Positions 1 to 8,118 are shown, counted from the first letter of the stretch. The stretch is 10,291 nt of DNA from Octopus sinensis (GCF_006345805.1 NW_021827474.1:1-10291); one strand, 5' to 3'. Numbers and translations are program-made. Notes: a model not told the origin generated them from the letters alone.

Positions 1-130
1 TCATGATTGTCAGGTCGTTGGTTCGAATCTCTGACTGACCGGTGTGTTGTGTACTTGGGTACGACACTTCATTTCATGAGGTGTCAGTCTATACAGTTAA
101 ACGTGAGAACCAGCCCAGTACTGGTGCAGT
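1..130 (+). mobile_element. Degraded tRNA-derived SINE fragment (CORE-like), 5' end cut by window edge
   Basis: Box B-like GTTCGAATC at 21-29, then ...gtgttgtgtacttgggtacgacacttcatttca..., which resembles the SINE at 3223-3478 (ttgtgttcttgagcaaaacatttcattca). The 3' boundary is uncertain. Confidence 0.6.
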
Positions 131-212
131 TCAGTTTCCTCACACAGGTGTCACATCCTCCATGTTCTAGTAGAGTTAGAAGTAGGAGCGATGAAAGCTG
201 TTATGTCAATTC

Positions 213-704
213 GCGACAGTGATAATGGACTGAGCTGAACCGCAACTAATCTGCACATCCTCTGATAACTCATGGATGGTGATTCGACGATTTCCCCTCA
301 CAGCTACACACATATTTGTGATGTTTTTCTCACTTCTGCTGGTTGCGGATCTCCCAGAATGTTCGTCAATATCGAGATTTTTCGGCCATCTTGGAAACGT
401 CTGAACCACTCGTACACTTGTGTGCGGCTCATACACTCCTTTCCTTACACTTTCTGCAACATTGCGTCGGCCAATGAGCAGGTATCACCATGACAACTTT
501 TCCTGTCATGGTCAATGCGACGATCACACGCTACACACGTTCCTTTCAAGCATTGCTGTAAATTGCGAAAGTGAGCTAGAACGTTAAAACTTAGTGCGTA
601 TGCACAGCGAAAGTACAAGGCCAATCTGTACCAAGCGACTTCACTTTGAATTTTTTAGCTTCATTGCTATGGCAGCAGTTCGGATACTTGTTGATCAAAC
701 CTCG
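213..704 (-). mobile_element. Decayed mariner (Tc1/mariner) DNA transposon: left TIR plus transposase N-terminal HTH region, 3'-truncated
   Basis: The - strand begins TA|CGAGGTTTGATCAACAAGTATCCGAAC (TA at 705-706, TIR about 676-704), a mariner-type end. Translation from the ATG at 507-509 gives MTGKV/GDTCSLADAMLQKV*GKECMSRTQVYEWFRRFQDGRK/NLDIDEHSGRSATSRSEKNITNMCVAVRGNRRITIHELSEDVQISCGSAQSIIT, matching the mariner double-HTH region (W.KRF..GR...D..RSGRP, RRIT..EL...V.IS.GS). There is a stop at 445-447 and a 1-bp deletion in the T run at 378-382. No catalytic domain or right TIR was seen. Confidence 0.88.
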
Positions 705-1189
705 TATATATCGTTGCTATTATGTTAAACTGTCGTATGTCCAAATTTAGCCAAATGCCTTTTCTTCAATATTTATTTTGGCTTGCAATAGCCGGTCAAA
801 CTTTTGGTCAACTATCGTATCCCCACCTGCTTCAGATGCCAAGATATCAAAAATTGGTAAAGTTTAGTACAACAGTTTTACTATGGGATGGTGAAATTAT
901 GTTTTCGTTTACTAAAAAAACAGCGTTTTGGACTTACGACACTTTTGCATAATAGCAACGCTATATATCGGGATTTAAGTATGTATAAGTGTGTAACTCT
1001 ATGCTTTTCTGTATAAAGTTCTTTTTTAAAAAAAAATGCATTAACATCAATTTACAAGCAACTAAATTACATCTAAAAAGCAAGAAAATACTCCATTAAG
1101 TGAGCACACTTGTGCTGGTTGTGTTTGTACACACGCTAATATGTATTTTCGTTGGAAACTTATTAACCGACTTTTCTTTCTTATTCTCT

Positions 1190-1331
1190 GCTGACGTCAT
1201 TTCAATTAACAAAAGCGAAATCGCCTGATTTCATTTCTAACCAAGACGTAGTGGACAACGTATTCAATTGCACTTCCGGTTTGTTCATTCTCTACGGTCG
1301 ACATTGTGTACAGCGTAGTATTCTGATTGGT
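1190..1331. promoter_or_regulatory. Candidate housekeeping-type or bidirectional Pol II promoter (CRE + ETS + CCAAT cluster)
   Basis: TGACGTCA at 1192-1199, CACTTCCGGT (= ACCGGAAGTG) at 1271-1280 and CTGATTGGT (= ACCAATCAG) at 1323-1331, all in non-repetitive, locally CpG-richer sequence. The TSS and strand cannot be determined from sequence. Confidence 0.5.
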
Positions 1332-1524
1332 AGCAACAGCTCCGTGTGGTTGTTCGCTTTACTAACAATCTCAGCTAACAGAAAAAGGAGAAGAAAAAAA
1401 TTGGAAGAAGAAGGGGCTAAAATTTATTAGAAAAACAGAAAAAAGGTTAAGCTATAGATACTTCTTGCTTTTATTGCAAAACATGTGGAGTGAGGTATTC
1501 TTCACGAATGGTGTAATGAGTGTT

Positions 1525-1651
1525 GTATGTGTGTGTGGTGTGTGGTGTGTGTGGTGTGTGTGTGTGTGTGTGTGCGTGCATATGTGCGTGCGTTCGTTTT
1601 GTGTACGTGCGTGTGTGTATGTATGTATGTATGTTTATATAGATGTATATG

Positions 1652-1693
<42 letters not shown>

Positions 1694-1937
1694 GGTATAT
1701 ATATGTATATACATATGCATGTATCACACATATACATATATATGTATATGTGTGTGTTAGTGTGTGTGTATATACATGTATATATACATATATATACGTA
1801 GACGTAGAAACACATGGATATATATGTCTTTATTTATTTATTTCCCCTCTCTTTACTTCTCTATCAATATTTATATATAACTTCATATGTGTATACATAC
1901 ATACATGCATACATACATACATACATACATACATACA

Positions 1938-1970
<33 letters not shown>

Positions 1971-2218
1971 GTGTGTGTGTATACATATACATATGTATAT
2001 ATATGTATATACATACATATATGTAAGGATATATAAGTATTTATATTTAAGTTTATACATGAGTACATATATGTTTATGTAGATATATATGTATGCGTAT
2101 ACATATGAATATACATATTCTGTATGTATGTATGTATGTATGTATGCATGTATGCATGTATGTATGTATGTATGTATGTATGTATGTATGTATGTATGTA
2201 TGTATGTATCTATGTATG
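1525..2218. repeat. Compound microsatellite: (GT)n, (TA)n, (TACA)n at about 1894-1966, (TATG)n at about 2121-2218
   Basis: Directly visible simple repeats; they account for the ORFs 1465..2082, 1471..1815, 1502..1720, 1814..2026, 1830..2060, 1883..2068 and part of 2089..2376. Confidence 0.97.
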
Positions 2219-2265
2219 GTAATGTTCTAGGTGTCTTGTGGCGAAGCCTTTATTTAACACTAGAA
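2211..2265 (+). repeat. 55-bp direct repeat, copy 1 (copy 2 at 2695-2749)
   Basis: tatgtatggtaatgttctaggtgtcttgtggcgaagcctttatttaacactagaa, with 3 mismatches to the copy 484 bp downstream. Confidence 0.93.
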
Positions 2266-2694
2266 ATAGACCCACATACACTTAAGCATATCACACACAC
2301 ACACACACGAAGCATTTTACATTTTTGGTGCATAATATCAGAGTTTGCTGTAACCTTTTTTGTTAGGAGTTTGTAGATTTGCTTTTAGATTTGTGATGCG
2401 ATGTGTAAAGTAAACAGGTATACGTATCGAATGTTAAAGGTTGTATGCAATCAACCCCATAATCGTTTATACTCCTGAACAAGTCGTTGAATGCTGTGAA
2501 CGGAGCAGATGAGTACAGTGAAATTTAAGGCTGAGTGCATGAAATGATTACTTCTGACTCAGTAGCTTATCTATATGATGACGATCGCTCACAGCATACA
2601 TGCACGCAGGCACACAGGCACAGATAGACACAGACACAGATAGACACAGATACAGACGGACAGACATATTTGAAATTATACTATATTTTGTATG

Positions 2695-2749
2695 TATGTA
2701 TGGTAATATTTTAGGTGTCTTGTGGCGAAGCCTTTATCTAACACTAGAA
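2695..2749 (+). repeat. 55-bp direct repeat, copy 2; overlaps the left end of the candidate piggyBac-like element
   Basis: tatgtatggtaatattttaggtgtcttgtggcgaagcctttatctaacactagaa; 52/55 identical to 2211-2265. Confidence 0.93.
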
Positions 2750-2874
2750 GTACTGAACGGTCATTTATGACCGCGCTTGCTTTTTACTTTCTAGTTTGTG
2801 CAACTGTATTGAATGCGCAATCATGAGCATCGTTTCATATGCTTGTATGTATGTATGTATGTATATATATATAT

Positions 2875-2956
2875 ATAATAGTTATCGCCATACTAATATG
2901 GCATTCTTATAAAAATAAGAAAAAAGCTGTCCGCTTATTATGGCGATAACTATTAT
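2875..2956. repeat. 82-bp foldback: perfect 18-bp inverted repeat with an internal 7-bp hairpin (possible tiny MITE or element end)
   Basis: ATAATAGTTATCGCCATA (2875-2892) pairs with TATGGCGATAACTATTAT (2939-2956); inside is TTCTTAT-aaaa-ATAAGAA (2904-2921). Confidence 0.85.
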
Positions 2957-3014
2957 TTTCCGGGAACGCTGCCGCTGTTCTCTTTTAGAGAGACTTAGTT
3001 ATTTTAATATTTCT

Positions 3015-3167
3015 ATTATATATATATATATATATAATATATATATATATACTATATATATATATAATATATATATTATATATATATAATATATATATAA
3101 TAATAGATATATAGATATATATATGTATTATAATTATATATGATATATATATATATATATATATACC

Positions 3168-3222
<55 letters not shown>
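3015..3222. repeat. Imperfect (TA)n tract
   Basis: Directly visible. Confidence 0.97.
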
Positions 3223-3640
<418 letters not shown>

Positions 3641-3641
3641 T

Positions 3642-4130
3642 TGTGTGTGTTGTGTGTGCGTGTGTGTGTATATTTGTGGGTGTGTATTCCGCTTATATAT
3701 TCTGCAATCCCTGACGGGATTCTTGTCGTCACCGAATTTACTCTTTTTTTCACATTTGTGAGAACTGAAGCAACGTGAAATGGAGCGTTTTCTTAAAAAA
3801 TAAAGCGCGTTACCCGGTCCAGGAAGCGAAACCTTAATCTTACGACTATGGATGTAACATCCGAACCACTAAGAAACTAGCCTCTACACACACAGACACA
3901 CACATATACGCACATACGAACATACGCATAGGCACGCACAGCAGGTGTTCGGGTTTGAAACATCTGGCCCCAAAGAGAAGGGCTGGTTTGGGTTCTGCGC
4001 TCATAGCTAGAATAAGGATGTTGTTTTGAAAGTAGAGATCCTCAATGATAGTAAAGCCCAGCATTTGGGAGCGCCTGTGAGAGCTCTGAGGGTCACTCAT
4101 GTTCTAAGCGGCTCTCACGTGACAGAGTTT
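3642..4130 (-). repeat. Inverted duplicate (copy A) of 7430-7949: CR1/L2-type LINE piece (3939-4130), (GT)n, degraded CORE-type SINE (about 3700-3885) and CA tail
   Basis: The reverse complement aligns by eye to 7430-7949, e.g. cacgtgagagccgctt.gaacatgagtgaccctcagagctctcacaggcgctcc and aaggtttcgcttcctggaccgggtaacgcgct. Translation [43 protein letters not shown] resembles the C-terminal part of CR1/L2-type RT (LG.TI..DLSW..HI..I...A..KL..L.RARR.F..EQLL). Confidence 0.93.
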
Positions 4131-4147
4131 AATATTATATATATATA

Positions 4148-4184
<37 letters not shown>

Positions 4185-4221
4185 TATATATATATATATA
4201 CTAATATATATATATATATAT
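4131..4221. repeat. (TA)n tract
   Basis: Directly visible. Confidence 0.97.
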
Positions 4222-4421
4222 TGTGTACGTAAGTTAATGCTACAAGACTGTATTTTCAAACCCTTATTCACTGCATTAGCTTATATTTAAAATAAATTGT
4301 ATTAAATATAGATTTTCAATATAGGAAGTAAGAAATAGCGGTACTTCTAGTGTTAAACTACGCAAATCGATTGTTTATATTCTGTTCTCAATAAGCGAGA
4401 TAAGCCCTATTTTTGTAAATT

Positions 4422-5174
4422 TGACGAGCTGGCAAACTCATTACTGCGCCGGACAGAATGCTCAGCGGTATTTCGCCCGTCTTTACGTTCTGAGTTCAAG
4501 TTCCTTTGAGGTTGACTTTGCCTTTCATTCTTTTGGGCTCGATGAAATAAGTAGCAAGTGAGCACTGGGCCTATACAATAGACTTAACTTCATGTCCGAA
4601 ATTGCATGCTTTGTGCCAAAATGTGAAACCGTTATCTATTTTCGTAAAAGTGACGTACTGGCAGAATCGTTACAGTGCCGGACAAAATGCTTAGCGGCAT
4701 TTCATCCGTCTTTACGTTCTGAGTTCATATTCTGCTGAAATCGACTTCGCCTTCACCCTTTCAGGATCGATAAAATAAATGTCAGTTAAGCATTGAGGTC
4801 AAAATATTTCAAACCTTGTGCCTACTGTAGAAAAACTATAGTAGAAAAGTCGGCGAGCACGCCGGACAAAATACTTTGCGGCCCTTTTCTCAGCTTTACA
4901 TTCCGAGTTCAAAACCCGCTGAAGTAGTCGACTAGCTTTCCTCAAATTTCAAAACTTGTACTTATTTTCCCTAAATGAGCTAGCAAAGCCGTTACCACGC
5001 CGCAAAATAGGCTTAGCGGCATTTCTTCCGGTTCTTTATCTTCTGAATTTAAGTCTTGCCAATGTTGGCTTTTCCTTTCATCAATTTGGGGTCAATACTA
5101 TAATGCCAGTTAAGTAATGACCTGCTTTTCTCTTCAAAATTGCAGGTATTGCGCCCAAATCAGAAAGAATTATT
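4422..5174 (+). mobile_element. Head-to-tail array of four degraded copies of a second tRNA-derived SINE family (about 4422-4635, 4650-4840, 4841-4970, 4975-5174)
   Basis: Each unit repeats parts of gagctggcagaa.cgtta.cacgccggac.aaatgcttagcggcatttc...tttacgttctgagttcaa.ttc...ga.gt.gactttgcctttca.cctttcgggg.cgat.aaataa, the reverse complement of the element at 5269-5502. Copy 3 is the most degraded. Confidence 0.85.
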
Positions 5175-5225
5175 CTCGTACTTGAGATGTCTGCTGCTCA
5201 TTTTGCTCTAATTTCTGTACATATT

Positions 5226-5268
5226 GACGAAATACTGCCAAGCATTTCGCCTGGCGTGCTAGCGGTTC
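5226..5268 (-). mobile_element. Head fragment of the same SINE family
   Basis: gacgaaatactgccaagcatttcgcctggcgtgctagcggttct aligns to 5446-5489 (gacgaaataccgctaagcatttcgcccggtgtgctaacgtttct). Confidence 0.8.
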
Positions 5269-5502
5269 TTATTTCTTTATTGCCTACAAGGAGCTAAACA
5301 CAGAGAGGGGACAAACAAGGACAGACAAATGGATTAAGTCGATTATATCGACCCCAGTGCGTAACTGGTACTTAATTTATCGACCCCGAAAGGATAAAAG
5401 GAAAAGTCGACCTCGGCGGAATTTGAACTAAGAACGTAACGGCAGACGAAATACCGCTAAGCATTTCGCCCGGTGTGCTAACGTTTCTGCCAGCTCGCCG
5501 CC
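5269..5502 (-). mobile_element. Full-length, well-preserved tRNA-derived SINE (second family; central gaggtcgact...cctttcggggtcgataaattaagtaccag domain, Meta/Nin-like by recollection)
   Basis: The - strand reads ggcggcgagctggcagaaacgttagcac (box A-like) ... tagttcaaattcc (box B-like) ... gaggtcgacttttcctttt-atcctttcggggtcgataaattaagtaccag ... and ends in an A-rich tail aataaagaaataa. The superfamily assignment needs a library search. Confidence 0.9.
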
Positions 5503-5867
5503 TTTTCAAAGCATGTAATATTAAAGCAACTTCGCATAGAGGACCCTGGGTGGGGTTTTGAAGACATGTTTTGTTTTGATTAAAAGCGGAGGGTCTTATA
5601 TGCCATCAATTATAGTAGTAATGCACTTCAAAATTTGATGATCCCAGACATTGACCTCTCAGATTCTTCTGCCCATCATAATGTGAAATTCACCATTGGC
5701 CAACGTATGAGCTTCCTCGAAACAGCACATACACAATGCGGCTTCCTATGGTATTACCTGCCTGTGACTTGCCGAAAGCAGCCCGTGTTTGCTCTACGAC
5801 GTCTCATTTCTATATTCGTCGCTAACCCCAATATCAAATCCGTATCTACCAACTGAAAATTAATTAA

Positions 5868-5946
5868 ATGTGTGCGAAAATATGTGTGTGCGTGTGTTTG
5901 TGTGTATGTGTGAGTGTGTGAGTGAGTGTGAATGAGTGTGAGTGTG
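5868..5946. repeat. (GT)n/(GAGT)n simple repeat
   Basis: Directly visible. Confidence 0.92.
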
Positions 5947-6029
5947 TAAATATATTTGCTTTGTGGTATATAATTTGAATCAGGTCAAATTCATTGCTTC
6001 CAAAATGAAGGACTCTTTATCTCACTTCT

Positions 6030-6153
6030 GTTACTAATACTACTGTTATTGTTACTCCTACTTCTCTATCTCTTCTAGTGGTGTTGGTGTTGGTGCTGGT
6101 GTTACTATGTGATGGTGGTAGTGTTGTTGCTGTTGATGATGATGATGATGATA
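6030..6153. repeat. Degenerate trinucleotide low-complexity region (TAC/TGT/GGT) ending in (GAT)n
   Basis: Directly visible. Confidence 0.85.
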
Positions 6154-6274
6154 TCGGATACTTATATCAAGTTATATTGGTGTCCGCCCAAAATTGACAG
6201 AAGAGGCGTATATAGGTGATTAAACAAACATGATATGAACCCAATAGAAGCAAAATATAATATTGAAAAGTAGG

Positions 6275-6435
6275 CATAGAGGAAGCATCAAATTGGTTGC
6301 TGCACCTGCTGGAAATAGTAACCGGGTGTTCCTGAAATTACATCTTACCTTCTTTTAAAACATGCATATATCGGAAAATGTAGTACGCGGTACAATATGT
6401 CTGAAAAATAGGCCAGCTTCTATATATGGCTGAAG
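6275..6435. repeat. Probable old dispersed repeat; a weakly similar copy may lie at about 9825-10010
   Basis: cctgctggaaatagta...cctgaaattacatcttacc...ggaaaatgtagt...atatgtctgaaaa and gacctgaactgctaattgtagcag...ctctaatcacacc...aataatgtaatt both resemble an Octopus repeat I recall; direct similarity between the two is weak. Confidence 0.3.
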
Positions 6436-6689
6436 CGGGAAGACCAAAAATGGCTTGAAAGTCATAACACGCCCGCGGGAAATAACATCACTAGGTTAGA
6501 CAAGCTGACACTGAATCAGCTTCGCTGACTGACAGATGACTGTCTCGTTTAGAGAATGCGCGGGCTAAAACTACGCGCCTTCACTAGTCTGTGAAGGTGA
6601 GACAGTGTCACGTGACAACTTGCCGGGGCTGCCTGCTGGAGCCTAGCGGCAGGTATTTAGAGGGAAAAATTTGACAAGTCAGTCAGTCA

Positions 6690-6775
6690 CCGGCTGACAC
6701 TCGCTGACGACACATCGAAGAGGCCAGGGAACAGAAGAAAGAAGACATGCACCTAACATCGGAGCTGAAAACACC
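6690..6775 (+). mobile_element. Possible relic of a REL-endonuclease (R2/CRE/NeSL-type) non-LTR retrotransposon C-terminus
   Basis: Across a frameshift it reads (R)LTLAD/HIEEAREQKKEDMHLTSELK, similar to the ELT.P.E..IEEA.E.KK.KY..L..EL motif of REL domains. The match is short and degenerate. Confidence 0.3.
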
Positions 6776-7210
6776 TTTGAAAGGTGGGTGGCCGCCACGT
6801 CAAAATGGTAGAGGAGTATGGGCCGAAACCGGACGTGGTTCCTCCTGATGATGTCTTGAGCTAACCGGATCCTATAAAGGAGCTGTTGTGGTAGCAGACC
6901 ATGAAACACGGTTCTAATTCCTGGGATAGTCAAAGTTGGATTGTCACTAGGCTCGCTCATTTGAGATTGATCAAAATGTGATGCAACACACATAAGTAAC
7001 TAAAATAAAATTGAAAACATTAATTTGTAAGTAGAAAGTATAATTCACTGGGTGCACTCCAACACAACTTGTAATATACTTCATAGACCCGGATATATTT
7101 AAAACTTCTGGTAGAAGTATCGAATATTATTATAGCAAGGATTACGTAATCCATGTTTATCAACAACAGCATGTGTTGACTGATCTCTTTGTGTCCCAGT
7201 ATCAATCATT

Positions 7211-7603
7211 TCTAGTGTTCTCCTGGGTCCGGCATTCCTTCCCACTTTTTTCCTTCTATATGTCAGTAACTTATTTCCTACCACGTCCAGCAACGCCATT
7301 TCTTATGCAGCTGACGTGACATACCAGCCTCACATTGCTTCTGCAAAGGAAGACTTTCAGAGCATCCTTTAGTGGAGTCATTTAAATTTGTCTCTTTTAA
7401 GAGCAATTCAAGCATTACTCATATGAAGAAAACTCTGCCACGTGAGAGCCGCTTTGAACATGAGTGACCCTCAGAGCTCTCACAGGCGCTCCAAATGTTG
7501 GGCTTTACTATCACTGAGGATATCTACTTTCACTGAGGATATCGCAGAACCCAAACCAGCCCTTCTCTTTGGGGCCAGATGTTTCAAACCTGAACAGCTG
7601 CTG
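7211..7603 (+). pseudogene. Decayed CR1/L2-type LINE reverse transcriptase fragment
   Basis: The frame from 7211 reads SSVLLGPAFLPTFFLLYVSNLFPTTSSNAISYAADVT (cf. SGVPQGSVLSPTLFLLYINDL...SYADD; YAAD at 7304-7315), then EDFQSIL*WSHLNL (cf. DLQ.I..W...N). Stops are at 7370-7372 and 7424-7426; it continues with frameshifts to ...[13 protein letters not shown]. Confidence 0.8.
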
Positions 7604-7949
7604 TGCGTGCCTATGCGTATGTTCGTATGTGCGTGTGTGTATGTGTGTGTGTGTGTGTTTGTGTGCGCGCGTGTGTGTTTGTGTTTGTGTGTGTGTGTTT
7701 GTATGTGTGGAGGCTCGTTTCTTAGTGGTTAGGATGTTACACGCATGGTCGTGTAAGGTTTCGTGTAAGGTTTCGCTTCCTGGACCGGGTAACGCGCTGT
7801 GGTTTTGAAGAAAACGCTCTATTTCACGCTGTTCCAGTTCTCTAAGATGGGAAAAAAAGAATAAATTTGGCGACGTACCAGCATCCCATCAAGGCATTGC
7901 GGAATACACACACAGACGTGCGCACACACACACACACACACCACACACA
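7430..7949 (+). repeat. Copy B (likely donor) of the inverted duplication: LINE piece, (GT)n, CORE-type SINE (about 7709-7890) and CA tail
   Basis: Aligns to the reverse complement of 3642-4130 and is contiguous with the upstream LINE RT sequence at 7211-7429. The SINE head ggaggctcgtttcttagtggttagg starts at 7709. Confidence 0.93.
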
Positions 7950-8086
7950 GAGTGCACTGTTCTGTGATAGTAGTGCTAGGACACCAGATATTAAAAAGTA
8001 CTATGGTGACATGATATCAGCAAATGAAACAAATAATACGACATGAAAATGTATATCTTGTTTTTTTAAATCATATATATATAGAT

Positions 8087-8118
<32 letters not shown>

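Noticed and set aside
722-952. 76-aa ORF, and a 21-nt AG/GT-bounded microexon-like stretch at 836-856
   Set aside because: No recognisable motif; a short AT-rich ORF and splice-like pair are expected by chance.
1374-1440. Strong polypyrimidine tract and AG acceptor on the - strand (AG at 1375-1376)
   Set aside because: All three downstream frames stop within about 30 codons and no peptide is recognisable; it may just be the complement of a purine-rich leader. Left to RNA-seq.
1465-2376. Long ORFs (up to 205 aa) rich in YI/CV/HT/YVCM repeats
   Set aside because: Stop-free translations of (TA)n, (GT)n and (TATG)n microsatellites. The same applies to 3076..3318, 3460..3753, 3557..3778, 8624..8926 (including its poly-His from the ATC tail), 8727..8957 and 9214..9414.
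4422-5502. Periodic ~200-bp repeats as a CRISPR-like array or satellite
   Set aside because: Units are long, degenerate, unevenly spaced and on both strands, with Pol III boxes. There are no short identical repeats with unique spacers and no cas genes, and the context is eukaryotic.
5635-5856. 73-aa + strand ORF MMIPDIDLSD...
   Set aside because: No recognisable domain or convincing splice sites on that strand; the region is kept only as a low-confidence - strand exon candidate.
6820-6912. Hammerhead-like words GAAAC (6825-6829), CTGATGA (6845-6851) and GAAAC (6903-6907)
   Set aside because: I could not build stems I-III around the core in any permutation; an Infernal/descriptor search would be decisive.
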